Source: Nemertoderma westbladi
Lineage: Eukaryota; Animalia; Xenacoelomorpha
NCBI GenBank assembly: GCA_032718475.1
Contig: JAUCBJ010007074.1
Location: 1 to 37,092, forward strand
Reading direction: 5' to 3'
Length of the DNA: 37,092 nucleotides
Positions within the stretch are counted from its first letter, which is position 1. Each line of letters starts with the position of its first letter. Under the pieces are notes generated by a model. The model was not told the origin of the DNA and made no database searches. It worked only from the letters and a program-made list of their open reading frames with translations. Position numbers and translations under genes: made by a program. Shown here in pieces: positions 1 to 10,163 of this stretch.

Positions 1-5
1 TCCTT

Positions 6-1010
6 ATGATGTATCTTACCGCAGATCGTCCACTGCCTGTTGTCCCGGACAGTTTTGAACAAATGGAAGAGTATTGCAAAACTGGTGAACGATCACCCGC
101 GTTTCCTCTGCAGGACGTACGTCTTTGGTATTATTGTGACTCATGTCCTAGACCTAACCAGCAAACGGAAAGACATAAACATCCGCGGAGACGTTGTGCT
201 AAACACAGTTTTACGCGTTATACTTACGGGAGTTTCGAGCGAAACCTGTTCGACGTATCACCTACGATCGCCCGTCTAAAACGATCGCTAAATAAACCCA
301 TGATCAGAGTTCCGGAATACTCGGTCAGACCTCCCCATTTTCCCGTGAGACCTCAAACTCTTGATCCTAACAGTATCACTGATCCTCCCGAGTTATACTC
401 ACTGTTCAAGGATTTGGTGTTACCCGAGCAGTTAATCGGTGGTGTTCCTGAGGTAGGTTCGTTGGATATTCGACCATCCTATTTGACCGGATTGGGACGC
501 GGACATCTAACATCGCCATTTAATCCTTACAACCGGCCAGGATTAACTCCGATACAGCCTGCCACGGAAGTCGAGGAGAGTGTCATCAGAAACGCTCTAG
601 ACGCCATCCGACAGAAAATCGGAAAGGGAACCCAGGATTTTCTAGAGAAACGTAAATTACAGCAGCAGGTCCAATCGGTGAAAGAGCTAGCCTTGCCGCA
701 GTTTGATAGAGAAATCCAAAACCTCGAAGAGGACATCGAGCTTGGACGTACGTATTCTCTACAGGAGTTTCTGGAAGAACGCTTGCAGAAACAGGCGGAA
801 GAGAATCAAATGGAGGAGAGGCATACGGAAATGGATGAGAGAGAAGAAGCCGCTTTAGCCCAACCCGAAACTCAGATACTCATAACCGATCTCTACTCTA
901 AAACCGTCCGTCATCCCTCGATGGTTCCGCATTTCGGAGACAAACTTTTCGCAAAGATACAACCGTACTATACGCGCCCATCCATTAATCCTTGGGACCA
1001 AACTCGCTAA
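6..1010 (+). CDS. Unknown protein, N-terminal part (Cys/His motif, Pro-rich region, acidic coiled-coil-like region); probably open beyond window start
   Basis: 334-aa intronless ORF with YYCDSC...H.H...C..H and an E/Q-rich helical segment. The frame has no stop between the window edge and the ATG. Confidence 0.55.
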   Translation: MMYLTADRPLPVVPDSFEQMEEYCKTGERSPAFPLQDVRLWYYCDSCPRPNQQTERHKHPRRRCAKHSFTRYTYGSFERNLFDVSPTIARLKRSLNKPMIRVPEYSVRPPHFPVRPQTLDPNSITDPPELYSLFKDLVLPEQLIGGVPEVGSLDIRPSYLTGLGRGHLTSPFNPYNRPGLTPIQPATEVEESVIRNALDAIRQKIGKGTQDFLEKRKLQQQVQSVKELALPQFDREIQNLEEDIELGRTYSLQEFLEERLQKQAEENQMEERHTEMDEREEAALAQPETQILITDLYSKTVRHPSMVPHFGDKLFAKIQPYYTRPSINPWDQTR

Positions 1011-1077
1011 GCTAGATGAACATAATAAATTCATCCGCTTTGAATGTTTCCGACGGTTTTTAACCCCGTTTCGCAAC

Positions 1078-2385
1078 GTGGATAGCCAATTCAAAGACCG
1101 CGCTTTGACCAAGCTCAGCTTAAGAGACTCGGCTGCGGAGAAGTTAGATAGCGCTGGATTCGCTATTTTCAGAGACATTTGTGTAATAAACCTGCACTCC
1201 TCGGTTATCCAAAGACCTCGGATCCCCACCGGTTATTCTGTCGTGGAAATTCAGACGGTAGGTCCACTTGAGGAGACAGCCACACCTACCTCAACTATAC
1301 AAGGGGAAGACGAACCCATATGTTTAGAATCCGAAGAGATTCAGCCCCCCACGTCTCGGAGTAGCGATAGCGATTACATATTGGAATGGTATCAAGGTCC
1401 CCAGTGTCTTACTGCGTATGATTATCGCCATGCCAATTATGTTTCTAGACAACGTTGTCGGCTGTGCGCATCGAGAGACCATATTACGTCTATGGACACC
1501 AACGATCTCTGTTCCTATTTCCACGAACAACCGTCGATGGAAATCTATTGTGCATATTGTCGGCTTAATAATTTGCACATTTTTGCTGTCTGCCCCCAAT
1601 TTATGACTCAATGCCATCATTGTCAATTAAAAGGACACGCCAGCTTTGATTGTCCCTTTAACCATGATTTAGAGAGCGTAGATGAAATGATTGTACTACG
1701 TTATATCAGAGCTTGGGAAGCGAACGCTGATTTACATTGTGATTCACGCCATCGCTATTATCCTGGACGCGCCTACGAAGGAGTTTATGCGTTCCATCCA
1801 TATTTGTTTGCCTCCGTCGAGCAGAAATCGCGCCTATCAAGTTATGAACTATTGAAGCGCGTTGGAGAATGTATTTCAACCAAATATGTACGCAAATTCC
1901 TCAGGAGCATTAATCCGAGTGACATCAATTCGTATAACTTAATAAACTTTATCCGTCAAGATCCGGCCTATGGAGACTTATTTGTCAACTCACACCCTGA
2001 GTTACAGGAAGTATATCGACGGCCTTACGAGTACAGAGCCCGCGAACGCGAGTTGGAAAGAACCATTAAACCAAGGAAGTTTCTAACTGCCTATGGTCCA
2101 CCCACGGCCCTCGTTCAGACCACTCGTAAAGGACCCGTAAGAGCGGCTGTCTTGAAACGAGCTCTCAAAGCCGTTAGACCCCTCTCCCCGGACGTTGATG
2201 TCAATCAACCCGGTACTTCGACCGGCGGATATACCGATCGCAATCCCATACCTTCTGATGCAATCATATTGCACCCTTCACCCAGGAGTTATAGCCCTCC
2301 TCGTAAAGTGGCTCGCCCCAAAGAGAAAAGGACTCTTGCTAGCTTTAAAAAACTGCGTAAACGCCGTCCGCGCAAGAAAGACTAA
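1078..2385 (+). CDS. Zinc-knuckle-rich protein, probably the frameshifted continuation of 6..1010; likely retroelement accessory or gag-like ORF
   Basis: Motifs CRLCASRDH, CAYCRLNNLHIFAVC and CHHCQLKGHASFDC (CX2CX4HX4C), plus a basic C-terminus KKLRKRRPRKKD. The frame is open from 886 and overlaps the upstream ORF. Confidence 0.6.
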   Translation: MDSQFKDRALTKLSLRDSAAEKLDSAGFAIFRDICVINLHSSVIQRPRIPTGYSVVEIQTVGPLEETATPTSTIQGEDEPICLESEEIQPPTSRSSDSDYILEWYQGPQCLTAYDYRHANYVSRQRCRLCASRDHITSMDTNDLCSYFHEQPSMEIYCAYCRLNNLHIFAVCPQFMTQCHHCQLKGHASFDCPFNHDLESVDEMIVLRYIRAWEANADLHCDSRHRYYPGRAYEGVYAFHPYLFASVEQKSRLSSYELLKRVGECISTKYVRKFLRSINPSDINSYNLINFIRQDPAYGDLFVNSHPELQEVYRRPYEYRARERELERTIKPRKFLTAYGPPTALVQTTRKGPVRAAVLKRALKAVRPLSPDVDVNQPGTSTGGYTDRNPIPSDAIILHPSPRSYSPPRKVARPKEKRTLASFKKLRKRRPRKKD

Positions 2386-2455
2386 CTGTTTAGAGTATTT
2401 TTATATTTTAGAAACTGTGATTTTGTATATTTTATAGACTTAAATCCCATTTTCT

Positions 2456-2810
2456 GGGAGCGGTGTAAAAGCTTTTGTGGGATAACTGATACGTTTGCCT
2501 TTGCTGGCCAGTTCCCCCCCGGTCGCTAAAATACTCTCAAAGGGATTTATAACTAAAATAGTGCAAGCTACCAGCTTATTGGCTGATGTGCTGTACGGAG
2601 ATATCTGGGCTCAGTTTAATCGGCCAACTAGCTTAGAGAGGTTGCCTTAGCCTTGCTGTTCGTGTCAGCCAATAGAATTTGCGTAGGCGTTGATTTCGAC
2701 CTATCCCAGCGCTACTGAACTGAATTTCCTATCTTTATGCTCATCCTCTGTGTTGAACGGGGCTTCGTGGAATAAGAGTTTTTGGTATACTCGTATAGTA
2801 GTAGTAGTCA
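2456..2810 (+). mobile_element. Possible polypurine tract plus 3' LTR; right end uncertain (about 2810-2860)
   Basis: GGGAGCGG is immediately followed by TGT at 2464, about 80 bp after the ORF stop. CCAAT-like and TATA-like motifs lie inside. No second LTR is in the window to confirm it. Confidence 0.3.
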
Positions 2811-3639
2811 TATGATTTTATATGATTCTGTTGTTGTGTTCCCATTTTCGCCATAACACCGGCTTTTTGGGAAGAACTCTAGTAAAACTGCTTAAATTAT
2901 CGAAAGTATAAACTGTTACCTCAACCTAATCTCACTGATTAACATACTCACTTAATTTAATTGCATTAATCATATTGTTTGTACTGTTATTTTACCGTCA
3001 GTTATTAATTGTACCTATTTGTTGATGGAAATATTGCTCTTTGGATAATACGGATAAATCACCCAAATTCCCAATTTTCTTGATACACTACAGGTTAGAG
3101 AGACCGGCTATACATAACAATTGCGATTTATATTAATGTGGTGTGTATTGAATCCAATGTTATTTAGCAGACCCTACGTGAGTCAATTGCTGCTCTCTTT
3201 ATGTGTGATCAAATATACTGACTGTCGGCAGAATAGTGTGTATGATTGTGATTGGTAACAAAGTATTTCCTAAAGAATACGCTTTATACTTCAATCATAA
3301 GCAGTATCGTTGCGTTTTAGTATAAGTCTTAGTTCTGTTTAAATAGATAAAGCGCCACGTCCTAAAGGAACTGTTAATATTTCCCGAAAGCCAATAATAT
3401 CTGTCAGGAATTAATTATTAACGATCTATCGAATAATACAGTAGGTATACACTGCAACCTTACACTGCAATAATAAAATTTAAGCATCCGAATTCAGTCT
3501 CCCGGGTGTAGATCCATCGGGTGAATGATCGCGCATGGGCTGACTTCGGCTAGTGTTTTGCGTATTAGCATAAAATATTGTCGTATGCTAAAGTGGTTTT
3601 AATTAACAAAAAGACATATAAATTTTGGCAGGTTAAACT

Positions 3640-5900
3640 GCTAAAGGTCTTCAAAAGCGCGAACATGTCTACTATGATGGGATAGATGAGCATTATACAC
3701 TCAGGTATTTTAAAGACCTCAGGGGGAACACCATCTACTCCACTGGCACGATTGGTCTTAATGCTCTTTGCAGCAGCCTTCACTTCTGCAAAGGAGATAT
3801 CGCCAATGGGAATATCTGGGAGTACAGACTCAGACACTTTTACTTCTATAAAGTTATCAGGCAATACCCTGTCATTATTGAGGAGCTTTTCAAAGTGGGC
3901 TTTCCTACCATTGAGGCGATCGGCTGGTGATTCAGCCTTAACCTTGGTGGTTGGTTGGCTTTTCCACCCAGTAAGCAGATTGATCGATTTCCATGCCTAG
4001 GATGATTGCCTGCTGTCGTCAGCATCATTGATGGCATCAACCTGTTGGTTTTTTAGCTCCTGTAGATTAGCAGAGTACTGCCTGTTCAGGGACCTAGATG
4101 CAGCCTTAACTGCATTCTTGGCCGCTGTAGTCTGTTTGAGTCGGGACTCTTTCTGCGCCTTATGAAGGTCATTTTGGCACTTCTAAATTTTGTTGTCAGT
4201 CCAGGGGGCCCTTTTCCTGTTTCGAGGGTATACAGGAACTGTTTCTGCAGCTGCTAACTTAACTGCTTCTGTAAAGGCAGTATAGCCCTCACAGTGATCT
4301 GCCGCCTCAGAGGCAAGAGCCTCATACCTGTTGCTCAGCTGTAGTGTGAAGCTGGATCTCACACTTGGCTGTTGCAACAGAGAGGACCAGTCATGCCGCG
4401 GCAAGGCAGATTTGTTGTTCTGCTAGCACGCAGACTAAGTCTTACCTTGGCCACAATAAGGCGGTGATCACTGGAGAAGGGTCGAAGTGTAAATGCATTA
4501 CAGTCTTGTAAAGAGCTCCTGTATTTCCTACGAAACAGAATATGGTCTATCTGGGACTTGTGACCACTGGGTCCACTATGAGTCCATAGCTTTCCAGTTC
4601 GCTTCTTGATCTGGGTTCCAGCCGAAAACAATCCATTTCCAGAGATAAAATCCTGAAGATGGACAGAATTTCGGTTAACACTATTGCTATAGACCCAGGG
4701 CGATGTAGGTGATTGATGCAGACTTGCATTAAAGTCTCCCAGGAATGTTAAGAATGCATGCTGATCCACTCCATCAGTAGCTGCTTGTAGATTGTGGTAG
4801 AAATTTTCCACCTCCTCTACAGGGGTAACACTAGTTGGAGAGTAGCACACAATCAGAACCACCTTAGGAAACTTCTTAGCCAGTCTTCCAGAACATGAGA
4901 AGTGGCAACGGATGATGCGGTTAGAGATTTGGTCTATTTTGTCCAATGCTGCATGTGCAGTTGGATTCATCAATAGACCAATTCCACCATTGCCACTATC
5001 ATCTGCTGATGCGAGGGCGAGTAATGCTTAATGTCCTTAATCAGAACCTCATCAGTCTGTCCAGTCTGCATTCGGTGCTCTTGAACACCCACTGCGCTAA
5101 GAGAAAGCTTATCTGCCAAGGCAGTCAGCTCACCTTGTCGCATTGGGGACCCGAGTGTTAGGGTGTTTACTGAGGCTAGTCTTGTGACTTGCCTCAGATT
5201 CACCAATGGCTTTGTTGGTCGGGGTGGAACATGAGAGTAGCCTCCAACTCCAGAATCCCTCTCCCCATCACAATCTGGCCTTCCTGGTGACCCAGGGTTT
5301 GGGCCAGAAAGGTCATCAGGAAAGGGACTCAAATAATTGTTGGCTGCTCTCTCTCCAGTAGGGGGTGAGACAGGCAGCCGGTCAGGAGTTAACTGACGCC
5401 TGTGAGGCCGATTGTGTCCGGTAATTCCACTGGCCTCTAGTGGCCGGACCTCCGCATTGCTAATGTAATCCATAGTGGGGGTTGGGGGGTGCTTTTTTGC
5501 CGAGTCAGCTCCCGGGGCAAATACCACACCCTGGTTTGCTATTCCACAGGGTGGGTGTCGCAATGGAGTCAGATATGAGGCCCATCACCCATATCTACTC
5601 TGTCGCACATGACCCACCATTGGCTGTTGCAGCTCATCTGCTGGGTCATGCCCTGTACCCTTGCTGCCAGGTGCAGGTCGCAGTGAAGTGCTCTCAGAGT
5701 GGACATGAGAACACTCTACTCCTGACCAGCCATTGGTAGATCACCATCTGCCTGGTCAGGCCATATACCCCTGCAGCCAAGTATATGGGTCCTTAATCCA
5801 GGACCAAGGGCGTCCTTATCCCAGAACGAAGGGGGTCCTAGTTACAGGACCAGATTTGCCCTAGTAAGAGGGTCTGTGCAGCTACAGGTGGCACCTCCTT
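3640..5900 (-). mobile_element. RTE-clade non-LTR retrotransposon, 5' half (5' UTR, APE endonuclease, start of RT), degenerate and 3'-truncated
   Basis: Frameshifted minus-strand ORFs with APE motifs RLASVNTLTL, VGVQEHR, VCYSPT, LGDFNA, SQIDHIL, SSDHRL, then the pre-RT motif KTNRASGVDGVPPEVFK. Boundaries approximate. Confidence 0.85.
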
Positions 5901-6243
5901 TATGCTGCATGGAGGTGGCAAGTTTTCTTGATCAATGACCTAGAATACCTGACCTGACCAAGAATAACACAACTGATGCACTAATCTAACAATCTGAGAT
6001 AATATATGGCTAATACATTGAATATTGCTTCACCTTCTTACTCTACTTTGGCCTTCTACCCAATGGATGCTCTGCTGTTCCCTATCACGTGCTTCCCTCC
6101 CTTCTGTTGGCTAATATACTACTTGTCACCTTGGCACTCTCTGGGAGTGTTTCCCCCCCGCTGCTAGCCTCTGCTAGCTGTGTTCCCTCCGAGGTGGTTT
6201 GACCTCTAACATTCCTTTCTATGTGGCTTCGGGGCTTGTGTTG

Positions 6244-6267
6244 CCCCCCCCCCCCCCCCCCCCCCCC
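6244..6267. repeat. poly-C tract (24 nt)
   Basis: Uninterrupted C run. Confidence 0.9.
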
Positions 6268-6805
6268 AATGTTGGTTATGATACGAGATTGATATTGGTA
6301 ATCTCGTATCCCCAACATATTGCTAAAATGCCACTAGTCCCATTTTCTGGTGGGTAATGAAGTGGAATTGAATCCGCTTACACTTTAGTTTTAAAACTAA
6401 GCGCCAATAATTATTTTACACGATGTGTCAATAGCTCTAAACACTTTGTTCTAAACCGGCAACCTAACCTTCTAAATGTCAACCAGCATGCAGTAAACAT
6501 GTATGATTGAATAATTTTGACGAGGGTGGGGTAGGTACACTTATAACTTATAATGTTTGATTTGTGACGTCATTCATTATCAAAATATAATACCGATGTA
6601 CTACCCATCAAGGGAATGGATAGATACAACTAATACCGCAAATATTCAGTTATAACTGTTTTACATATTTTGTGTGTAAAGTAGCACTTTACAGTGTGCT
6701 GATCCGTGTGTTTGTCAAGGAAGCCACGCGGGGCAGAAGACTGCAAGTTAGGCCTACCTTGCAGTCTTACATACAGAATGTATGACGTTTTCTTCCTATA
6801 CTTAC

Positions 6806-7003
6806 CTGTATTATCCATTGACAGACTTTGTAAGAAGGGTAAGAACTTGGATAAAGTTGACTTTGAATATGCCCATCTCTCTGCACTTTTTGTGCGTAGG
6901 CACCCTTTCCACAGGCATTGAAAACGGCCAGAGTTGAGGAGCCGTAACCATGACAACAACATAATCCCGTCAACAATATGAAAGCCAATAACGAGGGCGA
7001 CAT
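6806..7003 (-). CDS. First coding exon of a host secreted or membrane CUB-domain protein
   Basis: Signal peptide MSPSLLAFILLTGLCCCHG, then the CUB start motif CG......GHIQSQLYPSSYPSYKVCQWIIQ. It ends at a consensus donor CAG|GTAAGT (6806/6805), phase 0. Later exons were not identified. Confidence 0.75.
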
Positions 7004-7639
7004 TCTATTTAGGTAGCTATTAGTTCAGAAGTATAGCCAAACGGTTACCGGGTATAAGCCTAATGGATAAATGTGCCAGGCTGCCAGCCACCGGAATAAA
7101 ACTTGTCATTTTTGGCATTATCAAAATCAAGTGGAAAAGAGTGTTTTCCGTTACGTTTTTTTATCAGTTTATGTCATTTATTTTTATATTATTTTCAGTC
7201 ACTAGTTAGAGACAGTGACTAATTGTGAATAATAATATATAAAGTAAATAATGAAGTTTATTGTAATATAAATGCATTGCATTGCCTACGTTTTGTAGGC
7301 TATATCGCTATAGTATTGAAAATGGCGGGGTAACTGGATTACAAGTTGCGGATGATATACCCATCACTGTTGAAATGAGAGATTTCTGGCTCGACCTAAG
7401 TAATTGGCTGGCGCGATTGAAGAAGTTTATTAGAAGTTTATTAGCTTCTATAGTCGACTGATTGATAGCGAATTTAATGCCTTTATATGCGTAACTGGCG
7501 CAGATCCATGTTTGTTTATTCTTCTGGAGACACATCAGGGGCGGCAGCATACTCCCTGTGGATATTCTTTGGTGGTGGTGGAGGGATAACGTCGACCGAT
7601 TTACATAAGGAAGTGAACTTTTTTGTGTGAGGTATTCCG

Positions 7640-7994
7640 AATTTTTTTGAGCTATTTTTTGAGCTTTTGTTCTAGCTTTTGTGAGCTTTTTTCAAGCTTT
7701 TTTTGAGCTTGTTTTCAAGCTTGTTATGCCTTTTCTAACTTTCAATTAAAATTAAGATGTAATATGAATGGTCTAGAATTAGCTGATAATTATGATATTC
7801 GCACAGCTTTTTTTGAGCTTTTATTCTAGCTTTTTTTTTAGCTTTTTTTCAAGCATTTTTTGAGCTTTCTACTATATTTTAGGTTTTAGCATTCGAAAAT
7901 TATCAGATTCATCTTGAAGCAATTAATTTCTTGAAATTGTTTTAACTAAAAAAGTTGAAAAAAAGCTCAAAAAAAAGCAGCGCGGAAACGGGCC
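7640..7994. mobile_element. One end of a non-autonomous DNA transposon, Harbinger-like, with subterminal TTTTTGAGCT repeats
   Basis: About ten (T)nGAGCT/AAGCT units plus inverted copies at 7950-7980. The terminus reads GGCCCGTTTCCGCG on the minus strand. The partner end was not found. Confidence 0.4.
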
Positions 7995-9148
7995 TATACA
8001 GTAGTAATATGTTGGAATTGACTGAGCAGAGCATACCATTAGTTCTTACTTGCAAAGTTAGTACTTTGTGTAGATAGAAGAACTACAGTCTAGATTAAAC
8101 TACCATAGTTCATGTACTAGGGGCCTACATCTAAGCATACTGCCCCTGGTGCTACTACAGTACTGTAGGCCTATCCTGAAAATACTTGAAGAACAGTTTT
8201 TTATATATTAGTGCTAAATTGGTGCTATTTATGAAATGGTTTGCTTGGTATAATCTGCCTTTTGCGGTGCGAGCATTGTTAATTATTATACTGTATGATG
8301 GCGCCAGAAGAAATAATTTTGTCTCTACGATACACATACATTTATAGTCTAGCTATCTCATGGAACATAAAATCTATAGTCTATATACGTAACGAATGTC
8401 ACATCTCAGGGAATCCTTCAGATTGAAATTGAAGCATACTACCACCGGTTTGACTAGCGTTACATATCCGAAGCCCGACTGTAAGATGTAGTTTATGTAA
8501 TCGATTTTCTATTCTATTCATCACGTCGCTTTATTATTCACTATGGATAGCTAGTAGGCCTACTGTATAAAACGATCCTACTCATAAAATAACGGAAAGT
8601 AGATTCAATTAGGTGGCAGCTGTACCAGTTAATTGATTACCGATACAGTATGTGGATGTGACACGTGTAGGCCTAGTTAGTTAGGTACTGTAGTTGGGCC
8701 TAATGTCCAGGGTATTTTAATGAGAAGAATGAGCAAATTTACTTGTTAGTTTGTTTCTCCCATAGAGTGAGAGAAAGGCAGAAAAATTTGATAAATTCGG
8801 GAATTTATGCGGCTGATGGACTAAATCTGAAACAATTGAAATTAGTTATGGACTACAGTATGAAATGCTTTGGCGATAATCAAAAAGATACAGTGCAATA
8901 CATACAGTAGTATAAGTACTATATCACACAAAACGTTACCCGAAACAGGTGACTTTACACCTGCTGAAATACCCCCAAAAATAAAACTGTAACTTGTTCT
9001 ATTGACTTTCCGGTTTATTGTTTTGGATATAATAACGTGCCACTTTAAACTGCTCATTTCCATTTTAATTTATCATCAATTAATAATTGAACATTGAGAA
9101 GAGATATTAATTCGCCGAGGGGGGAGCTCTATGGTAACAGCAAATGTA

Positions 9149-9600
9149 ACTGCCATGTGCCTTTTGTACTGTATATACAAATTTAGTTTCAGTTAGATTT
9201 GCCTCGATTTAGCTTTAGTATCAGTTACCTGTTGGTTCTTTGGTTTGGTGTTTGGGCGCGTTTTGTGCCGTTAATACTGCCATGTGCCTTTTGTACTGTA
9301 TATACAAATTTAGTTTCAGTTAGATTTGCCTCGATTTAGCTTTAGTATCAGTTACCTGTTGGTTCTTTGGTTTGGTGTTTGGGCGCGTTTTGTGCCGTTA
9401 ATACTGCCATGTGCCTTTTGTACTGTATATACAAATTTAGTTTCAGTTAGATTTGCCTCGATTTAGCTTTAGTATCAGTTACCTGTTGGTTCTTTGGTTT
9501 GGTGTTTGGGCGCGATTTGTGCCGTTAATACTGCCATGTGCCTTTTGTACTGTATATACAAATTTAGTTTCAGTTAGATTTGCCTCGATTTAGCTTTAGT
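9149..9600 (+). repeat. 127-bp tandem array (about 3.5 units) in pLTR1
   Basis: ACTGCCATGTGCC recurs at 9149, 9276, 9403 and 9530. Confidence 0.95.
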
Positions 9601-10091
9601 CATCAGCCTGTCGTCTGTTGTTATCGCTGCGCCGTAATCTGCCGTCATTTTGTACTGTAACATGTATTTCGTACTGTAGTTGTCATCTCGCATACATAAG
9701 GCTCTCTGTTGTTAATACTGCCCTATGCCATTTGTACTGTAAATAGTATTTCGTACTGTAGTTGTTATCTCGCATACATAAGGCTCTCTGTTGTCAATAC
9801 TGCCCTATGCCATTTGTACTGTAAATGGTAACGCACGGCCCTGCCTGATCACGTCTCGGTGCCAGACTGATTGATTTGTTTCTATGACTAAGAGTTCAGT
9901 TGTTTATTTATGTTGTCAGCTCTACGGACCGGTGCTGCACGCTTCTTATAACCACATAGCAACCGTACTGCCGTAGGCGGAGTGTTGTTATTTGTACTGT
10001 ACATATACATCGGTTTTATACATCGACTGGTAGTCTATTTCAGTATTTGTTAGTGTTTTCTGTTTGGCCTAACTGTAGTGCAGTAGTTTTT

Positions 10092-10128
10092 GTGCTGATG
10101 ATGCCCCAAAGGGGAGAAATTAATCCAC
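10092..10128 (+). ncRNA. Minimal type I hammerhead ribozyme (copy 1)
   Basis: GTG-CTGATGA-TGCCCCAAAGGGGA-GAAA-TTAATC^CAC: intact core boxes, a CCCC/GGGG stem II, palindromic ATTAAT stem III and GTG/CAC stem I. Predicted cleavage is after AUC at C10125. Such motifs are known in PLE pLTRs. Confidence 0.85.
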
Positions 10129-10163
10129 TGTTTACATAATTATACTGAAGTGTTTATTGGGCG

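Noticed and set aside
6630-6740. Second CUB exon (SSAPRGF…) after CTTGCAG
   Set aside because: It lacks the CUB F..F.LE/C.YD motifs and stops after about 36 codons.
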